Virus record (IMG/VR): IMGVR_UViG_3300028805_000081
Span: 32,001 to 96,000 of that record
DNA: 64,000 nt
Direction: 5' to 3' (one strand)
Source of the DNA: a virus
Taxonomy: Duplodnaviria; Caudoviricetes
Both the position numbers and the translations under genes were made by a program. The notes under the pieces are model-generated. The model saw only the letters and a program-made list of their open reading frames with translations, searched no databases and was not told the origin of the DNA. The first letter of the stretch is position 1. The number at the start of each line of letters is the position of its first letter. Of the stretch, positions 49,160-58,374 are shown piece by piece.

Positions 49160-50198
49160 AATTGCAACAACTCATATAACAGCTATTGAATGGAATATTG
49201 GTAGACAAGGATTACTCCAGCCTTCAGTAATATTCGATCCGGTTCAGTTTGGTGATTATACATCTTCAAAAATAACACTTCACAAATGCTCTGATATACG
49301 TAAGTTAAAGCTCGGTATTGGCGATGAAATTGTCATTTATCATACTAAAAATGGCGTATCAAAGATAGTTGAGAACAAAACAGAGTCGGATAGTTACGGC
49401 ACAATAACCCGCTGTCCGTTCTGCAATACGCTTGTAAAGCACTTAGGCGATGATATTTATTGTAATTATCCTTGGTGTAAGGAGTCAAGAGCAAAGGTTT
49501 TATTACACTTTTGTAGAGCTATGGGCATTAAAGGAATGGACATTGAGTCTATCCGAAAACTTGTAAAAAGTGATGGTAAAGGAACGACTTGCAGAACACC
49601 ATTACAGCTGCTAACTACAGATGTAAAGAAGTTCAGATACTTTCTTGGTAAAGCAGACGGAGAAGCAGTTTATCAGAGTATTCAGGATGCAAAATATACA
49701 ACGCTGGCAAAGTTTATTTGGGCGTTAGACATAACTGTTGAAGAATATGCTAAACGATTAGCTGATGACTGTAATGAAGATATTGATCTGTTCCTTGTAA
49801 GATGCCTAAATGACTATGACTGGAGTCATATTCCGGACTTTGCAGAGTTTAAGAGTAAGCAAATTAACTCAACAGTAAAGCTTCACTACAATGAAATCAA
49901 GGAACTACGTAAACACTTGATATTCTGCATTGATGATAAGCCTGAAGAAGTTGACTTTGTAAATAACAAGGAGTTTGTTGTAACAGGCGATTTACATATC
50001 TTTAAGAACAGAAATGCTATTCTGAACTATATAGATCTTCATGGTGGCAGAGTAAGGGGGATTATCACAAAGAAAACAAACTTCCTTATAAACAATGACA
50101 CACGTAAAAGTCATCCTAAGAACAAAGATGCAGCTCTTTTTGGAGTCCCGGTTATCACTGAAGATGAATTTGTGGCTCGCTGCAAAGGAGAGATGTAA
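49152..50198 (+). CDS. C-terminal half of NAD-dependent DNA ligase (OB, Zn finger, HhH, BRCT) lacking the adenylation domain
   Basis: IEWNIGRQG...FDPV...TLH...LGIGD; CPFC...C; FVVTG...RN...GG..ITKKTNFLI..GVPVITEDEF; no KxDG motif. Confidence 0.8.
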   Translation: MNEIATTHITAIEWNIGRQGLLQPSVIFDPVQFGDYTSSKITLHKCSDIRKLKLGIGDEIVIYHTKNGVSKIVENKTESDSYGTITRCPFCNTLVKHLGDDIYCNYPWCKESRAKVLLHFCRAMGIKGMDIESIRKLVKSDGKGTTCRTPLQLLTTDVKKFRYFLGKADGEAVYQSIQDAKYTTLAKFIWALDITVEEYAKRLADDCNEDIDLFLVRCLNDYDWSHIPDFAEFKSKQINSTVKLHYNEIKELRKHLIFCIDDKPEEVDFVNNKEFVVTGDLHIFKNRNAILNYIDLHGGRVRGIITKKTNFLINNDTRKSHPKNKDAALFGVPVITEDEFVARCKGEM

Positions 50199-50378
50199 AT
50201 GACGGTTGTAATATTTATTGGTGTTCTTTACATGATCTTCGGCATATTTGTGTATGCTTATTGCGAGTCGAAGTTTGATAATTTAAATGATGAAAAACAG
50301 GATTACATTGTGAGCTGTTATCTTTGGGGAATGGTATTTTACTATATATTTTTACTGTGTTTAGTGTTTGGAGATTGA
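50199..50378 (+). CDS. Small membrane protein (59 aa)
   Basis: Hand translation MTVVIFIGVLYMIFGIFVY... with two hydrophobic stretches; AGGAG RBS. Confidence 0.5.
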   Translation: MTVVIFIGVLYMIFGIFVYAYCESKFDNLNDEKQDYIVSCYLWGMVFYYIFLLCLVFGD

Positions 50379-50976
50379 TATTATGATCGAAACAAGTATT
50401 GTGGACGGGTTAGCTTATATCAAACATTCGCATAAGATAACGAGTACAATTTTAATCAGAAGCGATTATGAGAAGTCAAGACCGGAAAAGCTTATTGAAC
50501 CGGGATTAATATCAAACAGGGAACGTAAGAAGATCAAGCCTGTAAAGTTCTATGAAGATAAAGAGTATGTTTGTTATTACAAGGATAAGCAATTTTGGGT
50601 AGGCATAAAGCCTTGGAAACCGGGTAACATTAGACGTAAACTTTGGAATACGTACAAAGATACAGGCGAGTGCTGGTTTGTCCCGGCTGATTATAATAAT
50701 CGTGCTGGATTCTTCAGAACAGAAAAGGAAGCACTTGATTTTATCAGTGAATCAAACAGTAAAGAAAAACCTAAATATATAAGAGTAAGAAATCCGGAAG
50801 ATATAAAATGGATTATCAAGTTGCCTTGGGTTTCATTACTTCTTGAGGATTTTGATATTGCTAAAGAATGGAACGAATACACATTCAATAATCATTTTGA
50901 ATATGCTGATTTATCAGATTGGATCAAGATAATTAAAGCTTTTAGGGAATGGGAAAAAGGAAATGATAACACATGA
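50368..50976 (+). CDS. Hypothetical protein
   Basis: 202 aa ORF. Confidence 0.6.
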   Translation: MEIDIMIETSIVDGLAYIKHSHKITSTILIRSDYEKSRPEKLIEPGLISNRERKKIKPVKFYEDKEYVCYYKDKQFWVGIKPWKPGNIRRKLWNTYKDTGECWFVPADYNNRAGFFRTEKEALDFISESNSKEKPKYIRVRNPEDIKWIIKLPWVSLLLEDFDIAKEWNEYTFNNHFEYADLSDWIKIIKAFREWEKGNDNT

Positions 50977-51157
50977 GAATAATTGCGTAGATTGCGGTTT
51001 CCCGTGCAGACATGAGGAATGTCCGTATTATAGCCAGTTGACATTTTACTGTGACAAATGCGGTGATCAGACTACAGACCTGTATGATCATAACGGTATG
51101 CAGCTATGTAAACATTGTTTGCTTGACACAGCTATCATCAGATTAAGTGAAAAATAA
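50963..51157 (+). CDS. Small Cys-rich protein
   Basis: Several CxxC motifs. Confidence 0.6.
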   Translation: MITHENNCVDCGFPCRHEECPYYSQLTFYCDKCGDQTTDLYDHNGMQLCKHCLLDTAIIRLSEK

Positions 51158-51197
51158 TCTATAAAAGAGTTGACAAAGTAGTGTAAGAGGGTTTATA

Positions 51198-51506
51198 ATG
51201 GTAGCAAGAGAATATTTTAAAAAAGTTATAAAAGGATATATCAAGAAAAGAAAAGAGTTCAATGAATGGTATGATAAGCTTGAAGAAGTTCTCAGACCAG
51301 CTCCGGAAATGATATTAGATCATTCTTATGAAGATGAGTTCATAGAGCTATTGATGTACGTCATGAATGATAAGTATGAATGGCTTAGTTACTTCGTTTA
51401 TGAGCGTGATTGTAAATGGTTTTCATATGAGTTTGCTGGCAAAGAAATTCAGATAGACAGTCTTGATAAACTTTATGATTTAATTACCGAGGATGAGAAA
51501 AAATGA
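51198..51506 (+). CDS. Hypothetical protein
   Basis: ORF with RBS. Confidence 0.6.
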   Translation: MVAREYFKKVIKGYIKKRKEFNEWYDKLEEVLRPAPEMILDHSYEDEFIELLMYVMNDKYEWLSYFVYERDCKWFSYEFAGKEIQIDSLDKLYDLITEDEKK

Positions 51507-51868
51507 GGGTTGAGTACAGTTCGGACAACCGAAACAATAGCTATTTAGTTTGTGAACAGATTATAGGATTTGATGGCAGAAATAATTATCTTAATTATAT
51601 AGCTTATCCGGGCAAGATTTATCAGTACGGAAAAATAAAAGGTATTACTTCAGCTACAATCGGCATCCCGGACTTAGGATATAATCTTAGCGTGCAGCTG
51701 AAATATTATCCCGGAACTGTAAGTGCTAATCGCTGCCCTGAAATGATAACAGGTGTATCAGTAGTCAGAATATTCTTACAGCCTGAATATGATCTTGTTA
51801 TCATTGAAGCTATTGGCGGTACATATCATATAAAAGCATCGGATATAAGAGATTTGACAGTAAAATAA
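51503..51868 (+). CDS. Hypothetical protein
   Basis: Overlapping-stop ORF. Confidence 0.55.
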   Translation: MRVEYSSDNRNNSYLVCEQIIGFDGRNNYLNYIAYPGKIYQYGKIKGITSATIGIPDLGYNLSVQLKYYPGTVSANRCPEMITGVSVVRIFLQPEYDLVIIEAIGGTYHIKASDIRDLTVK

Positions 51869-51878
51869 GGAGAAAAAG

Positions 51879-52199
51879 ATGAAAGATAATAATATTTTAA
51901 AGGAGATTGAGGCGGTTAGCACTTGGCTTGAACATCCGGATGTCGGAGAAAGACTTAAAGAAGCCGGCATGAGTGCGATGATTGTAACGTATGATAAGCA
52001 TGGTGATTGTGGGTCGGTCGGTTATTCTACTCCAGCAGGACTGGAGAATATGGTTAAGTGTCTTATTCAGTCAGGGATAGATACACTTGATGAGGAAAAC
52101 GCTTGTATATTTATTTCCAATATAATAGATTACATCGGTAATTTCTTTGATTTTGAAGAAGATGAAGAAACTTGTGAAGTGGAAGCTCAGGATGAATGA
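51879..52199 (+). CDS. Hypothetical protein
   Basis: AAGGAG RBS. Confidence 0.6.
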   Translation: MKDNNILKEIEAVSTWLEHPDVGERLKEAGMSAMIVTYDKHGDCGSVGYSTPAGLENMVKCLIQSGIDTLDEENACIFISNIIDYIGNFFDFEEDEETCEVEAQDE

Positions 52200-52446
52200 C
52201 GGTCTTGACAGATTAATTGAAATCTTTAAGGATCATGATGTTCAGATCCCGTGTCCCGGAGAACAGAGCTGTTTGTTAAAGTATCTCAAAGAGTTACGGG
52301 ACTGGCGTACAAATCCTTTTAAGATGATAAAAGAGAAGTGCCAATCTGAATTAAGATGCACTGAATGTGACTGGGATAGTTGCTGTTGTAATACTCAGTC
52401 ACGTGTTCCTGAAGATTGGAAGTTTAGCGATGAAGAATCTCAGTAA
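52147..52446 (+). CDS. Cys-rich hypothetical protein
   Basis: ORF in operon. Confidence 0.55.
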   Translation: MILKKMKKLVKWKLRMNDGLDRLIEIFKDHDVQIPCPGEQSCLLKYLKELRDWRTNPFKMIKEKCQSELRCTECDWDSCCCNTQSRVPEDWKFSDEESQ

Positions 52447-52501
52447 AAAAGCGAGTTCATAAACGTGAACTCAGAAAAAGTAAGAAAGGTAGGGGTTTAT
52501 T

Positions 52502-52999
52502 ATGAGTAAAAAGTTTATGTTTGCAGCAACATTAGGTTTTATGGCAACTCTTACAGCTTGTTCATCCAATCCGGACAGCTCGGTATCAGAAGTTTCTGTA
52601 ACAGAAGAACCGGTAACTGAAGTTACAACAGAATTAGTTACATCGTTCTGTGCAGCTTCATCAGCTGCCGAGGTAGTTACTACAGCTGAAAAAGTAACAA
52701 TTGAGATAGAACCTGATGTATACGATCTTCTTAAACATGTTGCTGGGAACTACATAACCTTCAGCATTGAAGATCAGGCTAAGATTATGGCTTGCATCAT
52801 CACTCAGGCTGAGAATAATGGTGGTAATATTTATGATATTATAAGAGATAAAAACATAGATATTACGTCTATTTATTACGGTGATGAGCACACAAACTAC
52901 AGTGATTTAAGCGAAGCGGTCAATTATTACTGTGATAACAGAAGTACATTTGACTGTACGGACTATGAAATCAAGGATAATGAAGTAATTTTTAAATAA
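52502..52999 (+). CDS. Putative lipoprotein with degenerate SleB-like domain
   Basis: LTAC lipobox; Thr/Glu linker; YDLLKHVA..QAKIMACIITQ resembles the C-terminus of 61387..62247. Confidence 0.55.
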   Translation: MSKKFMFAATLGFMATLTACSSNPDSSVSEVSVTEEPVTEVTTELVTSFCAASSAAEVVTTAEKVTIEIEPDVYDLLKHVAGNYITFSIEDQAKIMACIITQAENNGGNIYDIIRDKNIDITSIYYGDEHTNYSDLSEAVNYYCDNRSTFDCTDYEIKDNEVIFK

Positions 53000-53004
53000 T
53001 AAAG

Positions 53005-53412
53005 GTGAATAATATGTTAAAAATGGATGTTGAAAAAAGTTTGCACGCAATTCTTAACTGGTTACAGTTACCACAGACTCACGAAGGTATTAAAGATAGT
53101 CAGTCTGAAGTTCTATATGCGCTTGCACAGAAAGATCGTTTGTGGATGAGTTGTAGCTGTACAAGAAACGGGAGAATCCAATTTATTAAGGCGTTAATTA
53201 AAGCAGAATTTGAAAGTGACGATCCAAATTTAATGAAAGCTTTATTTTGTGCAGAAGTCAACGATTGCTTAAAATCTAAAATGGAAGAGTTGGATAAGTC
53301 CATTGAAAAAGATTTAGAAGAAAAGAAGAAAGAAGTGCTGGGTTCAGATGGCTTCTTAGATTTTCTTAGAAATCTTTGCGATGAACTGACCAAAGAAGAA
53401 GATGACGATTAA
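53005..53412 (+). CDS. Hypothetical protein
   Basis: ORF in operon. Confidence 0.55.
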   Translation: MNNMLKMDVEKSLHAILNWLQLPQTHEGIKDSQSEVLYALAQKDRLWMSCSCTRNGRIQFIKALIKAEFESDDPNLMKALFCAEVNDCLKSKMEELDKSIEKDLEEKKKEVLGSDGFLDFLRNLCDELTKEEDDD

Positions 53413-53426
53413 AAGGGATTTGAGAT

Positions 53427-54005
53427 ATGAGAAGAATAATTGTAGCAGTCGATATTGATAACTGCCTGTGTAATACAACCGAAGCTGCATTATCAGTGTA
53501 TAATGAAGATTGGAACGACAACCTTACGGTCGATGACATTAAGACTTATTGGATAGAAAACTATGTAAAACCTGAAGCAAAAGAAGTGTTTTATAAGTAT
53601 TTCCTGTCAAAAATCATGTGGAAGCGTGTGAAACCAATCAACATTGATGATATACAGCGACTTATAGATGATGACAGATTTGATGTTTACTTTGTAACAG
53701 CAACCGCAGCTGAGAATTGTGCAAAGAAAATATCATTTCTGTCTAAGCATCTGAAAAGAATCAACGTATCTGATAAGTTTATCAGAACGACACATAAGGA
53801 ACGTGTTGATGCTGGTGTGCTTATTGATGACTGCACAGATAACCTTAATGCTAATCCGTATAGAATTAATCTTTGCCTTGCCTACCCATGGAATTGTGAC
53901 TTCTCAGGCAGAAGATTTGATACTATGAAGGAAATAGTTGACTGGTTAATAAACAATGTAAAATTTGATGAACATAGTTGGAGTTATTTTATTTACAAGG
54001 AGTAA
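53427..54005 (+). CDS. 5'(3')-deoxyribonucleotidase (NT5C, HAD family)
   Basis: VAVDIDNCL, FVTA, LIDD, YPWN. Confidence 0.8.
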   Translation: MRRIIVAVDIDNCLCNTTEAALSVYNEDWNDNLTVDDIKTYWIENYVKPEAKEVFYKYFLSKIMWKRVKPINIDDIQRLIDDDRFDVYFVTATAAENCAKKISFLSKHLKRINVSDKFIRTTHKERVDAGVLIDDCTDNLNANPYRINLCLAYPWNCDFSGRRFDTMKEIVDWLINNVKFDEHSWSYFIYKE

Positions 54006-54008
54006 ACC

Positions 54009-54341
54009 ATGAAAATATGTGATGAAATGATTAAGTTTCGGGAAGGCTTAGATAAGCGTAAGATCAGATGGAAAGATGACAGCACTATCTGACCGGACGA
54101 ATATATTCATCTTATGATGAGCAAGGGATTTTCCCGAATTGATTCAGATATTACGATATACAGAACTCATTTTACACATAAAGATAAGCGGTATAGTGTT
54201 GTCTATGGTTATGGCACTTATGGCGGAGTAAGACCATTTGAAAATCCTGCTGATCGGGGTTTGCTTGAAATAATGGTCGAAGATAAAATTACAGGCTGGC
54301 TTACAGCTGACGATATATTTAAAATTCTTGACAAGGAGTAA
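54009..54341 (+). pseudogene. Hypothetical gene interrupted by in-frame TGA (54090-54092)
   Basis: AAGGAG RBS + ATG 54009, in frame with ORF 54114..54341. Confidence 0.55.
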
Positions 54342-54343
54342 AT

Positions 54344-54793
54344 ATGAATACCGATAAGATTAAGATAATTAATGATCTTAAAAAGAAGTATGATTTTATT
54401 GTTGCTGAAACAAAAGAGGCGGTAATGAGAGCTGGGAATCTCTATGTAGCTAATTATGCAAATCTTATTAAAGAAATTTTTGCTGAAAACGGCATTGTTG
54501 TTATTAAGTCTGATGAAGACGTTGAAAAGGCAACAAGAGTAAAAGTATGTGAAATTGAAGGGATATTGAAAATTGACTTCAATGTAAGTAGTCTTTGGAT
54601 GTATTCTCCACTTGATGTTATTAAATTCTATCCGATTACTAAGACTGGCAAGGTGTCAATGGTATCTAAAAATATGTGTGTTTATAATCTTAAACGTACT
54701 TTAAAAGATTATGGATTTGATAAAGACATTCCAAATTCAGTGTATTGGTATGAATTAGAAGCCTTTGCAAAAGCTATTGAAAAAGTAAATTAA
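54344..54793 (+). CDS. Hypothetical protein
   Basis: AAGGAG RBS. Confidence 0.6.
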   Translation: MNTDKIKIINDLKKKYDFIVAETKEAVMRAGNLYVANYANLIKEIFAENGIVVIKSDEDVEKATRVKVCEIEGILKIDFNVSSLWMYSPLDVIKFYPITKTGKVSMVSKNMCVYNLKRTLKDYGFDKDIPNSVYWYELEAFAKAIEKVN

Positions 54794-54810
54794 GGCAACG
54801 AGGTAAGAAT

Positions 54811-55572
54811 ATGTTACTTAAAATCACTGAAAAGTGTTCTATGGGATGCACGCACTGTATGAATAATGCAACTCCGGACGGTCAGCATATGTCTGAAAAG
54901 GTGTTTGATGATAGTCTTGACTTCTTAATTAAAAATAATGTACATCAGTCTATTATCTTATCAGGCGGTGAACCAACCGAACATCCGGACTTCGTATTTC
55001 TCATTCAGAAACTTATATCTAAGTTTGAATATGAAAAGAAGCGTACTATTGTAAGTATCACAAGTAATGGATTTTGGTGTCTTGACAACCCGGAAGTATC
55101 TAAGACAATTGCTAAAGGATCTGAATATGTAACTGTCTTTTGGCAGATTTCAACTGATAAAAGGTTTTATCCAAAAGAGCTGCCTTTACACAAGAAGTTA
55201 TGGCGTGAAGAAAACTTTACCTTTTGTGAAGATTGTTGTGAACGAATCTATCCGCAAGGTAGAGCATTAACAAATAATATTCCTTGGCAGTCTAAAGCCT
55301 CAAAATGTTTTAATGTCCGGGCGATCACAAAACAATTGCCAAATCCTACTATAGAGTCTGTAGTAAATGCTCTTATGCAACGTCAAAAGTTCTGTACTCC
55401 AGCAATCAGAATTGATGGCAGTATAGGTGTCGGTGAGTCTGATTTATGTCCGAAAGTAGCATCAATTTATGATAGTTCTGATGAGATCATACGTAGGATA
55501 AAGGAATTTAAGTGTCATCAGTGCGATCATATCAATGATAAGTTACCGAATTTATATAAGAGATTTTTATAA
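54811..55572 (+). CDS. Radical SAM protein
   Basis: CSMGCTHC (CxxxCxxC), SGGEPT, TSNG; Cys-rich C-terminus. Confidence 0.85.
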   Translation: MLLKITEKCSMGCTHCMNNATPDGQHMSEKVFDDSLDFLIKNNVHQSIILSGGEPTEHPDFVFLIQKLISKFEYEKKRTIVSITSNGFWCLDNPEVSKTIAKGSEYVTVFWQISTDKRFYPKELPLHKKLWREENFTFCEDCCERIYPQGRALTNNIPWQSKASKCFNVRAITKQLPNPTIESVVNALMQRQKFCTPAIRIDGSIGVGESDLCPKVASIYDSSDEIIRRIKEFKCHQCDHINDKLPNLYKRFL

Positions 55573-55870
55573 GGAGAGAATTATGAAATCAACTAGTAAT
55601 TTCACAATTCTTAGAGGTAATACTGGTATTGTTGTTGCAGTCAATGGTACTAGAGTAACTTCAAATAAAGTCTATGGCGAGCTAACAATAGTGAATAATT
55701 TTGTTATTGACGATGATTCTGTGCTTAAAGCTGTCACTGAAAAGCTGACAACAAAAGAAAAGTTACAAAAGATTCAGCAATGGTTATTAAGCAATAGGGA
55801 TAATTTTAAAAAAGAAGAGCTGACAGACGACCTTAACCGTATTGTAACAACGATCAATGAAATAAGGTGA
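55535..55870 (+). CDS. Hypothetical protein (start probably ATG 55583)
   Basis: AAGGAG RBS. Confidence 0.55.
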   Translation: MISYRIYIRDFYKERIMKSTSNFTILRGNTGIVVAVNGTRVTSNKVYGELTIVNNFVIDDDSVLKAVTEKLTTKEKLQKIQQWLLSNRDNFKKEELTDDLNRIVTTINEIR

Positions 55871-56049
55871 TTTTGATGACTATTGACGAAGAAATGAACC
55901 AGATTGTCACTTGTAAATACTGCAAAGGCAAATCACTGTACGGTGAGATGATGTGGCTTAATGGTAAAGAAATGTGCCCTAAGTGCTACATGAATGAAAG
56001 AGCAGCCGAAGATGCTAAGATGAAAGAACGTGAACACAATGAACGCTAA
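55867..56049 (+). CDS. Small Zn-ribbon protein
   Basis: CKYC...CPKC. Confidence 0.55.
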   Translation: MILMTIDEEMNQIVTCKYCKGKSLYGEMMWLNGKEMCPKCYMNERAAEDAKMKEREHNER

Positions 56050-56554
56050 ACAGTTAATGGTTTGTGCAGCAATTATTGAGATCCTTCAGATATTTGCAGA
56101 TACAGAGATAGGTGGTCACTATGAAATCGACTATGATAAGATAGCTGATTATGTTAATTCTTTCCGATGTTCTGCGGAATACTTTGAATGTTTAACTAAA
56201 GAAGATGTTTATGAGCGATTCACACAGGATATCTATGCCGGACTTCCGGTTTGGAGATGGCTGAAATTACCGGAATGGACTGTGAATATGGTAGAGCGCA
56301 CATTTGAAGATGAGTGTCAGGCTGAGTACCAGGAGATGTGTAGGATATATAAGTGCCTTACCTGTAAGCATTATGAAGCTCAGAATACAGAGATTGGTGT
56401 ATTTCAGAAGTGTAATTATCGTAAGGAAGAACCTGATAGAATGTATAAGCGACATTCTCATGCTCTTAGACGTGACGATGGATCGTTTGAGTTGAAGAAA
56501 AAGTGCAAGAATTATGAAGTAAAGGTGGCTGAAGAATATGGTAACACCCGTTGA
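56030..56554 (+). CDS. Hypothetical protein
   Basis: ORF in operon. Confidence 0.6.
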   Translation: MNTMNAKQLMVCAAIIEILQIFADTEIGGHYEIDYDKIADYVNSFRCSAEYFECLTKEDVYERFTQDIYAGLPVWRWLKLPEWTVNMVERTFEDECQAEYQEMCRIYKCLTCKHYEAQNTEIGVFQKCNYRKEEPDRMYKRHSHALRRDDGSFELKKKCKNYEVKVAEEYGNTR

Positions 56555-56735
56555 TGTTTGTGACGATTGTTTTAATTGTTATTTCTATAAAGAACATAAT
56601 GAACACGGTAAGTGGGAAACTAATAAGGTTGCGTTTATGAAAACCTGTTCATTATGCGATAAGTCTGTTGATCAATCACACGATTACAATTATTGCCCGA
56701 ACTGCGGTGCAAGGATGGATTTAGAGGGAGAGTAA
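56538..56735 (+). CDS. Zn-ribbon protein (HGKW...CPNCGARMD type)
   Basis: Same motif as 44478..44786. Confidence 0.6.
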   Translation: MVTPVDVCDDCFNCYFYKEHNEHGKWETNKVAFMKTCSLCDKSVDQSHDYNYCPNCGARMDLEGE

Positions 56736-56736
56736 T

Positions 56737-57222
56737 ATGGAAACAACGAACGAACAGATTAAAAAGCTCGAAGCTGATAATCAGGCTCTTAAAGAAGGTA
56801 TACACGTTATGACAGAGCAGTTAGTTGACTTACAGAATGCCAATGAACAAGCTGAGTATTATAAAGAGAGATATGAGAAGGCATTTGAAAAGTTGCAAAG
56901 TCTTAGTGCCGAGAATGAAGATTTAAAAAGACAGAACGAGGACTTTCAGACTATCTTACACGAGTTTGCGGAGAGAGTAAGGGAGAAACGCAAACTACAG
57001 GAAAAGAAGTCCAATAATCCTTTGTGTGAACATATAATGGCTGTCAAAGAGAAACAGAAAAATAATGAAGAAGCACATTGGACTGAGCATTATGATTCTC
57101 AGAGTGGTATCACTTTTGAATGTTCTAATTGTGGTTATGATTCATTGAATGAAGAAAAGGTGTGCCCTCAATGCTTTAAAACAATGGGTAAAACTGTAGT
57201 TCATAAGTCATGTTGGCATTGA
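56737..57222 (+). CDS. Coiled-coil protein with C-terminal Zn ribbon
   Basis: Heptad-rich N-terminus; CSNC..CPQC. Confidence 0.6.
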   Translation: METTNEQIKKLEADNQALKEGIHVMTEQLVDLQNANEQAEYYKERYEKAFEKLQSLSAENEDLKRQNEDFQTILHEFAERVREKRKLQEKKSNNPLCEHIMAVKEKQKNNEEAHWTEHYDSQSGITFECSNCGYDSLNEEKVCPQCFKTMGKTVVHKSCWH

Positions 57223-57386
57223 TAGCAGAATAGGATTTCATAATCCTGATTGTATGGATGTCCCGGAGAATTGGTGTAGTTTTGCATCCGCATATTTCTG
57301 CCGGGATGTATTGCCGAGGGATTTGATTATCGAAAAACTTGATAAGTATAACTGCCCACTTATGTAAACAAATTTCTTTAATATCA

Positions 57387-57472
57387 TTGACAATCAGAAA
57401 TGTATATGATATAATATTAGTATCGGATATTTGTTTCCGATTTTATTTTACGACTATGTAATCATAGTTCTA
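57387..57472 (+). promoter_or_regulatory. SigA promoter of the MTase operon + 15-bp motif
   Basis: TTGACA-N17-TATAAT; GTAATCATAGTTCTA just before the RBS. Confidence 0.75.
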
Positions 57473-57497
57473 CAATATAAGGAGAAATGAGAAAAGT

Positions 57498-58374
57498 ATG
57501 AGAGTTCTTTCACTATTTGACGGAATCAGTTGTGGTCGTGTTGCCCTTGACAGAGCCGGTATACCTGTTGAAACTTATGATGCATATGAGATAGATCCAA
57601 ACGCTATCAAAGTAAGCACTAAAAATTACCCTGATATTAAACAGCATGGTGATGTAGTTGATGCTGATTTTACTCAGTATAAAGGCTATGATCTGCTTAT
57701 CGGGGGAAGTCCATGCCAGTCACTTTCTATTACATTAAGTAAAACAAGGACACATTTAGAAGGCAAAAGCAAGCTGTTTTATGAGTATGTAAGAGCTAAA
57801 AATGAAATAAATCCTAAATGGTTTTTATTTGAGAATGTAGCCAGTATGAATGATGAGAGCAAGAAAACGATTTCTGAATTACTTGGCTGCGAACCAATCT
57901 TTATTGACAGTGCTGATTTTTCTGCTCAGACTCGTCCACGTTTATATTGGACTAATATACCGGTAGCTGAATGGGTTAAATCTAAGGCGGTATTAAAGGA
58001 TGTTTTAGAAGATAGTGTTGATGAAAAGTATTATTACTCATATCCGGTGAAAGATATTGATATGAGCAAACAGGTATGTGCAACATTAGATTGTAAAAAT
58101 CATGAAATGCATAAGCGTGTTTTTAACCCTCATTTTAAATGCCATACATTGACCTGTGTCAGCGGGGGGGCAACAAAAGAAAGTTATGCAACATGGCAGA
58201 GTGAGAAAGCTAACGCCTGTTGAATATGAACGACTTCAAACATTGCCTGATAACTATACTGAAGGAATATCAAATACAGCAAGATATACGGTTTGTGGCA
58301 ATGGCTGGTCTGTAGATGTGATTGCTCATATCTTCAAAGGATTAAGAAAGGAAAACACTAATGAGAATACTTGA
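57498..58374 (+). pseudogene. DNA cytosine-C5 methyltransferase frameshifted at a G7 tract (58164-58170); possibly phase-variable
   Basis: LFDG, GGSPCQ, ENV and QTRPR in one frame; RKLTPVEYERLQ and CGNGW (motifs IX-X) in another. Confidence 0.8.
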
